In this document: positions 8,922-17,842 of the stretch, one piece after another
Layout of the letters: the number at the start of each line of letters is the position of its first letter
Position numbering within the stretch: the first letter of the stretch is position 1
Source of the DNA: Bacilli bacterium
GTDB lineage: Bacteria > Bacillota_I > Bacilli_A > RFN20 > UBA1709
Direction of reading: 5' to 3'
Assembly (NCBI GenBank): GCA_028694305.1
Contig: JAQUTO010000001.1
Span: 1 to 29,573 of the forward strand
DNA length: 29,573 bases
Translations under genes and position numbers: made by a program
The notes under the pieces: model-generated
Seen by the model: the letters and a program-made list of their open reading frames with translations, nothing else
Told to the model about the DNA's origin: nothing
Databases searched by the model: none

Positions 8922-9695
8922 ATGATACTATTTGATTCACACGCTCATTTAGACGATGAAGCACTCTATTCTCAAATAGAGGATGTTTTAAGTCGGGCCA
9001 AAGAGGCTGGAGTTCAATATATCGTTACTATTGGTCAAGATATTGCAACATCTAAAAAGGCCATCGAAATAGCACATCGTTATCCCAATGTTTATGCAAC
9101 CATCGGGATTCATCCAAACGAAGTCAAGAAAGCTCAGCCAAGCGATTTAATAGAACTCACCAAACTCATCCAAGACGAGAAGGTTGTGGCGGTTGGAGAG
9201 ATTGGTTTGGATTATCACTGGGATGACTCCAATAAAGAAGCCCAAAAAGCTTATTTTATTACTCAAATAGAAATGGCTTATAAATATAATAAGGTTATTA
9301 ATATCCACGCACGTGATGCCGCTCAAGATACTTTTGAGATTCTAAAGAGTCATAAAGATAAACTAAAGGGTTGTATTTTACATAGTTATTCCTTTTCTAA
9401 AGAAATGGCAAAAGAATTCATTAAACTGGGTTTTTATATATCTTTGGGTGGTCCAGTTACATTTAAAAATGCTAAAGAGCCCAAAATAGTAGCAACCACG
9501 ATTCCTTTAGATAAACTTTTAATAGAAACCGATAGTCCGTGTTTAGCGCCCGAACCAAAAAGAGGAACGTTGAATGAACCGGCAAATGTTAGATATGTTT
9601 GTGAATGCATTGCAAATCTAAGAGGCATTTCAAGCGAAGATGTGGCCGAGGCAACCACAAAAAACGCCTTAAAAGTATATGGAATCAAAGGTTAA
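8922..9695 (+). CDS. tatD: TatD-family metal-dependent hydrolase/DNase (YabD-like)
   Basis: DSHAHL, GEIGLDY, NIHARDA, ILHSY, LLIETDSP metal-ligand motifs. Confidence 0.94.
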   Translation: MILFDSHAHLDDEALYSQIEDVLSRAKEAGVQYIVTIGQDIATSKKAIEIAHRYPNVYATIGIHPNEVKKAQPSDLIELTKLIQDEKVVAVGEIGLDYHWDDSNKEAQKAYFITQIEMAYKYNKVINIHARDAAQDTFEILKSHKDKLKGCILHSYSFSKEMAKEFIKLGFYISLGGPVTFKNAKEPKIVATTIPLDKLLIETDSPCLAPEPKRGTLNEPANVRYVCECIANLRGISSEDVAEATTKNALKVYGIKG

Positions 9696-10233
9696 ACAAG
9701 TAATTATTGTTGAGGGTAAGCACGACATTGATCGACTTTCCTCCTTGATAGAGGCAGATTTTATTAAAACAGACGGAACATCCTTGCCACCAGCAACTAA
9801 AGAAATGATTAAGGAGTTAGTAAAGCAAGGCAAAGAGTTTATTATTTTTACTGACCCGGATTCTCCTGGAGAAAGAATTAGAAAAGAACTTCAAGAAATA
9901 ATCCCAACCGCCAAACACGCTTTTGTTAATGTGGATTTAGCTAGATATAAACATAAAGTTGGCGTTGAACACGCTGGAGAAGAAGAAATTAAGAAAGCAC
10001 TAAATCATCTTGTGAGTTTCGAGTCATCAAAAAACACAATAAGCAGCCAAGAATTGTTTGATTTAGGTCTAGTTGGTTCACCAAACTCTGCTGAAAAGCG
10101 TGATATAATTGAAAAAGAATTAAGAATTGGTCACGGGAGTGGTAAAACTTTTTTAAAACGACTTAATTTGATTGGAGTTAACCAGGAAATGTTAATTAAA
10201 ACTATGAAGGAGCAAAAGATATGGGACAAATAG
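9679..10233 (+). CDS. rnmV: Ribonuclease M5 (5S rRNA maturase, TOPRIM)
   Basis: IIVEGKHD, IIFTDPDSPGERIR, VGVEHA, GHGSGKTFLKRLN motifs; tatD-rnmV-rsmA synteny. Confidence 0.92.
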   Translation: MESKVKQVIIVEGKHDIDRLSSLIEADFIKTDGTSLPPATKEMIKELVKQGKEFIIFTDPDSPGERIRKELQEIIPTAKHAFVNVDLARYKHKVGVEHAGEEEIKKALNHLVSFESSKNTISSQELFDLGLVGSPNSAEKRDIIEKELRIGHGSGKTFLKRLNLIGVNQEMLIKTMKEQKIWDK

Positions 10234-11063
10234 CATCTTTAAAAATGACAGATGCACTTTTGCGTCTCCATTCACTAAATGCCAAACAATCTTATGGTCA
10301 AAACTTTATTATTAACTCACAAGTCGTAGAAGATATTGTTAGATTGTCTAACGTGGATAAAAACACCATTGTAATAGAGATTGGTGCAGGACTAGGTGCA
10401 TTAACAGAAGAATTGGTTTCTAGTGCCAAACACGTCATTGCTTATGAAATAGATGGCGACTTAATACCACTACTTAAAGAGAATATAAATGGATCTAATC
10501 TTGAAATCATTAATGCCGATTTTATGCGGGTTAATCTGGATGCCTTATTAGCTAAATTTTCTCGGGATAAAATTATTGTTATGTCTAACCTACCATACTA
10601 CATTACTAGCGACATTTTAATCAAACTTTTCAAAGTAAAAAGGCCAATAGACTCCGTTGTTGTTATGCTCCAAAAAGAGGTTGGTATAAAACTTGCTAAG
10701 CCACTTGAGGACAAAGAGAAAAATGAGCTTTCAATGTTGGCTCAATTTTGTAGTGATATTAAGGTCTTAAAATATGTCTCTAAAAACGACTTTTTACCTA
10801 GACCAAAAGTGGATTCAGTTGTTCTACAGTTTACCACAAAGGCAACAAAGATTTCTACCGAAGAGTTCGCTACTTTTTTAAAAATTATTTATAAGAACAG
10901 AAGAAAGACTATCTTGAATAATTTGGTTGAATACTACGCCGATAAAGACCGGATATTAAGAGTTCTCAATTCTTGCCAAATTAATTCAACAGAAAGAGCC
11001 GAAAAATTAAATCAAAACCAGATTACAAAATTACTTGTTTCTATCAAAAAGGAGATGGCCTAA
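10221..11063 (+). CDS. rsmA: 16S rRNA m6,2A dimethyltransferase RsmA (KsgA)
   Basis: YGQNF, IEIGAGLGALT, SNLPYYIT, PRPKVDS, RRKTI motifs; AAGGAG RBS. Confidence 0.95.
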   Translation: MGQIASLKMTDALLRLHSLNAKQSYGQNFIINSQVVEDIVRLSNVDKNTIVIEIGAGLGALTEELVSSAKHVIAYEIDGDLIPLLKENINGSNLEIINADFMRVNLDALLAKFSRDKIIVMSNLPYYITSDILIKLFKVKRPIDSVVVMLQKEVGIKLAKPLEDKEKNELSMLAQFCSDIKVLKYVSKNDFLPRPKVDSVVLQFTTKATKISTEEFATFLKIIYKNRRKTILNNLVEYYADKDRILRVLNSCQINSTERAEKLNQNQITKLLVSIKKEMA

Positions 11064-11912
11064 ATGTATAAATGTTTTGCAAAAATTAACTATACTTTAA
11101 ATGTCTTACCAAAGACACACGGAGAATTACATAAACTCTGCTCTATTGCTCCTAAAATAAACCTATTTGATGAGGTGAGCGTCAAGCGCAATTCAACCGG
11201 CAAAATCACTATCTCTTGCACTGATAAAAGAGTTCCCACTAACTCCCAAAACCTGGTTTATAAGGTTTTGGATGCTTTCAACAAATATAGGGGAATTAAA
11301 CAAGGATATAGCGTTGTTATTAAAAAGAACATTCCCATTTCTAGTGGCCTTGGTGGTGGCAGTTCAGATGCGGCCGGAGCTTTATTAGAAGCAATGAAGT
11401 TAGGCGATGTACATTATGGTTATTATCAACTATTGGAGGTTGTTCGTGGTCTTGGTTCTGATATTCCCCAATTTTTAGTTTCAGATACAACTATGATTGA
11501 GGGCGAGGGTGAAGAAATCACCCCAATTGAAGATAAAATGGATGTCTTTATTGTTTTGGTTAAACCTGCAGAGGGCGTTAGTGCCAAAGAAGCTTATGAG
11601 GCGTTTGATAAATACGGGATATCAAGTGAAAAAGACGACTCTATCATTACAGACTTAAAAAATGATAACTTTGAGGATGCAATTACAAAAATGAATAATG
11701 ATTTGGAGGCCCCAGTTCTTCAAATCAAACCGAAACTTAAGGGGATTAAAGAAAAAATGAAGGCTTTAGGGCTTCCGTTTGTTATGATGTCTGGAAGTGG
11801 TTCTTGTTTCTTTGGGCTGACTAAAGATAAAAAGTTGGCTGAAAAGGTTGCAAATCACTTTGAGAAGAAGGGTTATTATACGAAAGTTGTGGAAAAAGCC
11901 ACGAAGTTATAG
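11064..11912 (+). CDS. ispE: 4-diphosphocytidyl-2-C-methyl-D-erythritol kinase (GHMP kinase)
   Basis: AKINYTLNV, KKNIPISSGLGGGSSDAA, NDLE, MSGSGS motifs; follows rsmA as in B. subtilis. Confidence 0.9.
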   Translation: MYKCFAKINYTLNVLPKTHGELHKLCSIAPKINLFDEVSVKRNSTGKITISCTDKRVPTNSQNLVYKVLDAFNKYRGIKQGYSVVIKKNIPISSGLGGGSSDAAGALLEAMKLGDVHYGYYQLLEVVRGLGSDIPQFLVSDTTMIEGEGEEITPIEDKMDVFIVLVKPAEGVSAKEAYEAFDKYGISSEKDDSIITDLKNDNFEDAITKMNNDLEAPVLQIKPKLKGIKEKMKALGLPFVMMSGSGSCFFGLTKDKKLAEKVANHFEKKGYYTKVVEKATKL

Positions 11913-11938
11913 ATATTTTATCTATAAATGGGTATGAT
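11910..11938 (+). promoter_or_regulatory. Possible SigA promoter of prs
   Basis: TAGATA (11910-11915), 17 bp, TATGAT (11933-11938). Confidence 0.5.
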
Positions 11939-11977
11939 TAATATGTAGTTAGTCAATTAATGGGGAGGGAGACAACT

Positions 11978-12943
11978 ATGTTAGAAAAAACAGTTATTTT
12001 TGCTTTAACGGCCAACAAACAAATGGTCGCAGACATTACTAATCAGTTGGGTTTACAACCTGGAGCAGTCGAAGTTAAGCACTTTGCAGATGGCGAAATC
12101 TTTGTTGACACTTTACAATCAGTAAGAGGTAAAAATGTTTATATCGTTCAATCAACATGTTCACCTGTTACGGATCGTTTAATGGAAATCTTGGTCTTTG
12201 CTGATGCCTTAAAAAGAGCTTCTGCTCAAGAAGTAAATTGTGTTATTCCATATTATGGTTATGCTCGTCAAGATCGTAAAAATAAAGCTAGAGAACCAAT
12301 CACCGCAAAATTAGTGGCGGATATGCTTCAAGTGGCTGGTATTCACCGTTTAATTACTGTGGATTTACACGCCCCTCAAATTCAAGGATATTTTGATTGC
12401 CCAGTTGATGATATGACTGCAATTCCGCTCTTTGGACGTTATTTCAAGAAAACATTGGATCCTAAAGAGGATATTGTGGTGGTTTCTCCAGACCATGGCG
12501 GAGCGACAAGAGCCAGAAAACTCGGAACCATCTTAAATGCACCTATCGCTATCATCGATAAACGGAGACCAAAGCCAAACGAAGCTGAAATAATGGGTAT
12601 TATTGGTGAAGTTAAGGGTAAAGTTGCTGTTATGATTGATGACATGATTGATACTGGTGGAACTATTACTAAAGGCGCTGAGGCTTTAATTAAAGCCGGA
12701 GCAACCAAGGTTTATGGTGCTTGCACTCATGCAGTTTTTTCTGGAGAGGCAATTGAAAAAATCCAAAACTCAGTATTTGAACAAGTTGTCACTACAAATA
12801 CCATCCCATTAACCCCAGAAAAGGCCAAGATTGCAACTAAAGTTAAGGTATTATCAATGGCACCAATGATTGCTAAAGCAATTGAACACATTGAACTCGG
12901 CTTACCATTAAGTGTTGTTTACGATTTATATAAAATGGACTAA
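11978..12943 (+). CDS. prs: Ribose-phosphate pyrophosphokinase
   Basis: FADGE, PYYGYARQDRK, DLHAPQIQGYF, VSPDHGG, IDDMIDTGGT motifs. Start placed at ATG 11978 (GGGAGG upstream) rather than 11960. Confidence 0.97.
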   Translation: MLEKTVIFALTANKQMVADITNQLGLQPGAVEVKHFADGEIFVDTLQSVRGKNVYIVQSTCSPVTDRLMEILVFADALKRASAQEVNCVIPYYGYARQDRKNKAREPITAKLVADMLQVAGIHRLITVDLHAPQIQGYFDCPVDDMTAIPLFGRYFKKTLDPKEDIVVVSPDHGGATRARKLGTILNAPIAIIDKRRPKPNEAEIMGIIGEVKGKVAVMIDDMIDTGGTITKGAEALIKAGATKVYGACTHAVFSGEAIEKIQNSVFEQVVTTNTIPLTPEKAKIATKVKVLSMAPMIAKAIEHIELGLPLSVVYDLYKMD

Positions 12944-12945
12944 TT

Positions 12946-12970
12946 AAAAGGGCTTCGGCCCTTTTTATTT
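12946..12970 (+). terminator. Intrinsic terminator after prs
   Basis: AAAAGGGC-TTCG-GCCCTTTT(T) with a UUCG tetraloop. Confidence 0.85.
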
Positions 12971-12977
12971 GACTTAT

Positions 12978-13006
12978 TTGCTATTTTTACGTAAATCATT
13001 TATACT
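12978..13006 (+). promoter_or_regulatory. SigA promoter of ffs
   Basis: TTGCTA (12978-12983), 17 bp, TATACT (13001-13006), 6 nt before the RNA closing helix. Confidence 0.75.
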
Positions 13007-13012
13007 AACAAA

Positions 13013-13092
13013 TGCCATATCAATATTTGGTTTCGAACCAGGTCAGGACCGGAAGGTAGCAGCCTTAAGAGGTTCAAGTATGTGATATGGCA
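13013..13092 (+). ncRNA. ffs: Small (4.5S-type) signal recognition particle RNA
   Basis: Core CAGG-ACC-GGAA-GGT-AGCAGC (13044-13063) with a GNRA loop; GAACC/GGTTC helix; 10-bp closing helix TGCCATATCA/TGATATGGCA; lies next to tadA-dnaX as in Firmicutes. Ends are approximate. Confidence 0.92.
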
Positions 13093-13114
13093 CTTTTATT
13101 AGGTGGTGATTCTC

Positions 13115-13564
13115 TTGGATACTAAATTTATGAAAGCCGCTTTAAAACAAGCCCAAATAGGTCTACTTCAAGGTGAAGTACCAGTTGGATGTGTTATTGT
13201 TAAAGATGGCAAGATTATTGCTCGAGCTCATAACACCAAAGAGAGCAAAAAAGCAGCCTTAAATCACGCCGAAATTAACGCCATAGTAAAAGCTAGCAAA
13301 AAATTCAAAGATTGGCGCTTAAATGACTGTGAAATGTATGTTACTTTAGAGCCCTGCTTAATGTGTGTTGGCGCCATAATTAATTATCGAGTTGGAACCA
13401 TCTATTATGGGGCCAAAGATCCAAAAGGTGGCGCTGTAGTCTCAAATTTAGACATTACTACTGTGAAAAACTTGAACCATCACCCAATATTTCAAGGTGG
13501 AATTATGGAACAAGAATGCGGTGAAATATTAACAAAATTTTTTCAAGATAAAAGGAAGAGATAG
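13115..13564 (+). CDS. tadA: tRNA adenosine(34) deaminase
   Basis: EVPVGCVIV, HAEINAI, WRL, LEPCLMC zinc motifs. Start placed at TTG 13115 (AGGTGGTG upstream; gives MDTKFMKAAL) rather than GTG 13103. Confidence 0.92.
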   Translation: MDTKFMKAALKQAQIGLLQGEVPVGCVIVKDGKIIARAHNTKESKKAALNHAEINAIVKASKKFKDWRLNDCEMYVTLEPCLMCVGAIINYRVGTIYYGAKDPKGGAVVSNLDITTVKNLNHHPIFQGGIMEQECGEILTKFFQDKRKR

Positions 13565-13620
13565 CACTGGTTTTTCTTCCTTTTTTGATAAAAATAAGTG
13601 AATAGAATTCACTTATATAG

Positions 13621-13626
13621 TATAAT
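13621..13626 (+). promoter_or_regulatory. Possible -10 element for the dnaX-recR-tmk-holB-ricT-rsmI operon
   Basis: TATAAT just upstream of the GAGGTG RBS; the -35 position (GTGAAT) is poor and lies in an inverted repeat. Confidence 0.45.
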
Positions 13627-13645
13627 AGTATGAGAGGTGAATATC

Positions 13646-15595
13646 ATGGCATATAAAGCACTATATCGGATTTATAGACCGCAAACTTTTGATGAAGTTG
13701 TTGGTCAAAAATACATTGTAAAAACATTGCAAAACGCAATTAAGAATGACAAAATTGCCCATGCATATCTTTTTACAGGACCAAGAGGAACTGGCAAAAC
13801 AACTATTGCTAGACTTTTGGCTAAAGCCTTAAACTGCACTTCTACCGATAGAGAAGTGCCGTGCAATGAATGTGCTAATTGTCTTGATATTATGAATGGT
13901 ACTCATCCAGATGTTATTGAGATTGATGCTGCCAGTAATAATGGTGTTGATGATGCTAGATTATTAGTTGAAAATGTTAAATACGCCCCTATTGAAGGCA
14001 AGTATAAAGTCTATATTATTGATGAAGTCCATATGATGTCTGAAAAGGCTTTTGCAGCTTTGCTTAAAACTATTGAAGAGCCACCAGCACACGTGGTGTT
14101 TATTTTTGCCACAACGGATGTTCAAAAGGTTATTGGGACCATTATTTCAAGATGCCAAAGATTTGATTTTGGCAAGGTTTCAAATGCTGATATTCATAAA
14201 AAGATTTGTGAGATTCTCGATAAAGAGAAAGCAACTTATGACGAAGAGAGCGTTGACTTAATCACTGAACTTGCCGAAGGCGGAGTTCGTGATGCCATTA
14301 GTATTCTAGATCAAGCTCTGGCTTATGGAGATGGAGTTTTAACTGCCCAAAACATCCGCGAAATTTATGGGGTTGTTTCTAACCAAGAAGCCATTGAGTT
14401 TATTCATGACATAACTAAAAAAGATGTGCAAACCTGTCTTAAGAAAACTGACGATTTTGATAAGAGAGGTTTGGATTTAGCTCGTTTCACAAACACTTTA
14501 ATTAATATAATTAAGGAAGCTGTTGTCTATAAAAACACGACCGGGTTTAAAGGCAAACTAAGCCGTGAACAATTGACCAATCTTTGTTATGCCTTATCCA
14601 ATAAGCAAGCCTTTAAATACATCGATATCTTAATGGCTACTGTTGCTAATTATCACTACGTTGCCTCGCCTCGTTCCTATTTTGAACTGGCCATTTTAAA
14701 GATGTGCGATGTGGAGTCACAAACAGACAAAAGTATCGAAAATCCGATAGAAATTAAAGAAACAACCGTAGTTGCTGCTCCACAAGTTGAGGCAGTTAAA
14801 GTAGTTGAAGTTAAAGAAGAACAACCAATAGAAGTTGTACCATCAAAGATGGAAGATGTTGTTGTAGAAGAAGTAAAGGTTGAAACTCCAGTTCAAGAAG
14901 AAGTTAAACCTATTGAACAACCAAAACCAGTTGAGGATGTTAAGCCAGCACCTGTACAAGCGCAAGCACCAACTCCACAACCCGTGATTGAAGAAGCCAA
15001 AGGAGAGATTGAAGTTTCGATTAAACCTGATGAAGGCGTGATGAAGATTGCAATGACCGAAAAGATCGTAGCATACGAAGAAAAAGACCTTTTAAATGTC
15101 ATGGTTCAGGCAACAAATTTTGATCGTGATTTTGCCAAGGGTCGTTGGAAGATTATTGGCCAATATATGTCTAATGCCAAATTTGCAAAAGCAGTTGGCC
15201 TTATCATTGATTCGGCGGTTCTAGCCGCCTCCTCTAATGGCTTGGTTTTAGGGTATCTTGATCCTCCACAATTAAAGTTAGCGATGAAGGCTGATAGTTA
15301 TGCTGAAATCAAAAACTTCTTACGTGAACTCTTAGGAAAAGATGTGGCCATTTTTGCTTTATTAGATGAGGACTTTAGAAGAGCCAAACTAACTTATATT
15401 GACTTAAAGGCTAGAGGGCAATTACCAGTGGCACACCCAGTAAGCGATCCTCAAGTTAAGGAAGTTGAAGCCGGGACTATTCCAGTTGCAGAAGAAACAA
15501 AAGAAGAACCTAAAGAAACCAACACCACTGAAGATATCTCTCAATATGGGAAGACGTTATTTGGTGACTTGTTTAAGGATGGAGATAAACAATGA
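13646..15595 (+). CDS. dnaX: DNA polymerase III subunit gamma/tau
   Basis: YRPQTFDEVVGQ, GPRGTGKTT, C..C..C zinc module, EIDAASNNGVDD, IIDEVHM, SRCQRF, AEGGVRDA. Start placed at ATG 13646 (GAGGTG RBS). Confidence 0.96.
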   Translation: MAYKALYRIYRPQTFDEVVGQKYIVKTLQNAIKNDKIAHAYLFTGPRGTGKTTIARLLAKALNCTSTDREVPCNECANCLDIMNGTHPDVIEIDAASNNGVDDARLLVENVKYAPIEGKYKVYIIDEVHMMSEKAFAALLKTIEEPPAHVVFIFATTDVQKVIGTIISRCQRFDFGKVSNADIHKKICEILDKEKATYDEESVDLITELAEGGVRDAISILDQALAYGDGVLTAQNIREIYGVVSNQEAIEFIHDITKKDVQTCLKKTDDFDKRGLDLARFTNTLINIIKEAVVYKNTTGFKGKLSREQLTNLCYALSNKQAFKYIDILMATVANYHYVASPRSYFELAILKMCDVESQTDKSIENPIEIKETTVVAAPQVEAVKVVEVKEEQPIEVVPSKMEDVVVEEVKVETPVQEEVKPIEQPKPVEDVKPAPVQAQAPTPQPVIEEAKGEIEVSIKPDEGVMKIAMTEKIVAYEEKDLLNVMVQATNFDRDFAKGRWKIIGQYMSNAKFAKAVGLIIDSAVLAASSNGLVLGYLDPPQLKLAMKADSYAEIKNFLRELLGKDVAIFALLDEDFRRAKLTYIDLKARGQLPVAHPVSDPQVKEVEAGTIPVAEETKEEPKETNTTEDISQYGKTLFGDLFKDGDKQ

Positions 15596-16188
15596 AGTAT
15601 CCAGAAGTATTTGAAAGACTCGTGGAATCGTTAAAGCGACTTCCGGGAGTTGGCACAAAATCAGCAGAAAGAATGGCATATCAAATCATTGATATGGATT
15701 TAGAAACTATTCAAGAGTTTTCAGCTTCTTTATTAGATTGTAAAACCAAACTCCATCATTGCCCTATTTGTGGGCAAATAACCGAAAATGATGTTTGTGA
15801 TGTTTGTAGTGACGATTCCAGAGACAGTTCCATTATTTGTGTTGTTCAAACACCTAAAGATGCCTTTGCTTTAGAAAGGGCTAAAGAATTTAAAGGTAAA
15901 TATCACATTTTACATGGAGTTATTTCTGTGACAAATGGTACGGGACCAGATGATATAAACATTGCTTCCTTAATTAAAAGGGTTAAAGATGGTGGAGTAA
16001 AAGAAGTTATTATTGCAACAAATCCGAATGTTGAAGGTGAAACTACCGCCCAATATATCGCTAGACTGCTCGAGAAGTATCATGTAAATGTGACTAGACT
16101 CGCTTATGGATTACCGGTTGGTGGGAATCTTGATTACACCGATGAATATACATTAGTTAAAGCATTAGAAGGACGTCGTAAGATTTGA
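15592..16188 (+). CDS. recR: Recombination mediator RecR
   Basis: LPGVGTKSAER, CPICG...CDVC zinc finger, YHILHG, EVIIATNPNVEGETTA TOPRIM; ATGA overlap with dnaX. Confidence 0.97.
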   Translation: MKYPEVFERLVESLKRLPGVGTKSAERMAYQIIDMDLETIQEFSASLLDCKTKLHHCPICGQITENDVCDVCSDDSRDSSIICVVQTPKDAFALERAKEFKGKYHILHGVISVTNGTGPDDINIASLIKRVKDGGVKEVIIATNPNVEGETTAQYIARLLEKYHVNVTRLAYGLPVGGNLDYTDEYTLVKALEGRRKI

Positions 16189-16197
16189 GGTGAGAAT

Positions 16198-16830
16198 ATG
16201 AAAGGGATTTTTATTACAATTGAAGGACCAGATGGTAGTGGTAAAACCACCGCAACTCAACATTTAGTTCAAGAATTGCAAGCTAGAGGCTACAAGGTTT
16301 TATTTACTAGGGAGCCCGGTGGCAATAAAATAGCTGAGCAAATTCGGGATGTTCTCCATAGTAGAAGTAATACTGAAATGGATAAAAGAACCGAAGCCCT
16401 TTTGTATGCAGCTCAAAGAAGACAACACCTGATTGAAACTATCATCCCAGCCTTAAAAGATGGTTATATTGTTATTAGTGATCGCTATATTGATAGCTCC
16501 TTGGCTTATCAAGGCTATGCTAGAGGCATTGGCATTGATGAAGTCTTACAAGTTAACCTTTTTGCTACGGAGGGATTATTACCAAACTACACTATCTATT
16601 TCGATGTAAGCGCAGAAGAAGGACTAGCTAGAATTCAAAAGAATCCGAACCGCGAAGTTAATCGGTTGGATGCTGAGAAATTAGAATTCCACCAAAAAGT
16701 CCATCAAGGTTATTTAGAATTACTTAAGAAATATCCAGAAAGAATCAAAAAGATTGATGCTTCTAAAGACGAAGCTCAAGTCTATCAAGAACTCAAACAA
16801 GTGGTTTTTGATATTTTAGGAATAAAATAA
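16198..16830 (+). CDS. tmk: Thymidylate kinase
   Basis: IEGPDGSGKTT, TREPGG, LLYAAQR, SDRYIDSSLAYQG. Confidence 0.97.
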   Translation: MKGIFITIEGPDGSGKTTATQHLVQELQARGYKVLFTREPGGNKIAEQIRDVLHSRSNTEMDKRTEALLYAAQRRQHLIETIIPALKDGYIVISDRYIDSSLAYQGYARGIGIDEVLQVNLFATEGLLPNYTIYFDVSAEEGLARIQKNPNREVNRLDAEKLEFHQKVHQGYLELLKKYPERIKKIDASKDEAQVYQELKQVVFDILGIK

Positions 16831-16831
16831 C

Positions 16832-17842
16832 ATGAAAAACAGAGAATTATTAGAGTCCACACAACCTATCGTTATGCGTACGCTAATGAATTCTTTTAGT
16901 GAGCATAAAACAAGTCACGCGTATTTAATTAGTGGCCAAAAAGGATCTCCAACCAAAGAAATGTCTTATTTTATTGCTGAATCTTTATTATGCGAGAACC
17001 CGAATCCTGGTGCTTGTGAAGAATGCTTAACGTGTCATCGGATTCAAGATGGTTCATATACAGATTTTAAGTTTTTTGATGGTTCTAAGGGCGAGATGTT
17101 AAAAAATGATGTCATTAACTTACAGTTTGATTTCTCACAATCAGCCATTGAGAAAAAAGGAATTAAGGTCTACATAGTGCACTTAATTGAATTTGCTAAT
17201 GGCAGCGTCTTAAATTCATTATTGAAGTTTGTCGAGGAACCGGCCGAGAATGTGGTGGCTATTTTTACTACTGAGAATATCTCGCAAGTATTACCTACTT
17301 TAATCTCAAGATGTCAGGTGTTACACCTTCGTAACTTTGAGAAAAAAGAATTGCAAGCCAAACTGATGGCTGAGAATATCTCAAGCGAAGACGCTTCTAT
17401 CTTAACTGAAACCTATTCCAATTTAGAAGATGCCTTAAATGCTTATCAAAACACCAATTACATTCAAATCAAAGATTTAGTTATTGATACTTTAAGAATG
17501 ATGGTCGAAGATTACGATAAACTGAACTTTTTTGCCATTCACGATGTAATTCCAGCAGTGTGTGGCCGAGGGAAACAACAACTAAGTTGTCAATTATATC
17601 TCGATTTACTAGGAACTAGCCTAAAAGATGTGCTAAAATTAGGTTTAGGGCAAGAACTGATCTTTAAAGATCAGGAAGAATTAATTCGTCAAGTAATGTT
17701 ATTAAATTTACCAATCGATAAATTTATTACAAATATCATGCTGAACGAAGGAAAACTTAAAAAGGTTGTCAATAGCTCTTTAGTTATTGATACAATCTTC
17801 ATCTATTTTAAGAATAAAGGAGCTCAAGAATATGCCAAATAA
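16832..17842 (+). CDS. holB: DNA polymerase III subunit delta-prime
   Basis: SHAYLISG, CEECLTC zinc module, NSLLKFVEEP, VLPTLISRCQ; tmk-holB-yaaT synteny. Confidence 0.9.
   Translation: MKNRELLESTQPIVMRTLMNSFSEHKTSHAYLISGQKGSPTKEMSYFIAESLLCENPNPGACEECLTCHRIQDGSYTDFKFFDGSKGEMLKNDVINLQFDFSQSAIEKKGIKVYIVHLIEFANGSVLNSLLKFVEEPAENVVAIFTTENISQVLPTLISRCQVLHLRNFEKKELQAKLMAENISSEDASILTETYSNLEDALNAYQNTNYIQIKDLVIDTLRMMVEDYDKLNFFAIHDVIPAVCGRGKQQLSCQLYLDLLGTSLKDVLKLGLGQELIFKDQEELIRQVMLLNLPIDKFITNIMLNEGKLKKVVNSSLVIDTIFIYFKNKGAQEYAK

Noticed and set aside
14413-14424. AAAAAAG in dnaX as an E. coli-type -1 frameshift site
   Set aside because: The frame is ACT AAA AAA GAT rather than A AAA AAG, it lies inside the clamp-loader core rather than after it, and I saw no stimulatory hairpin.
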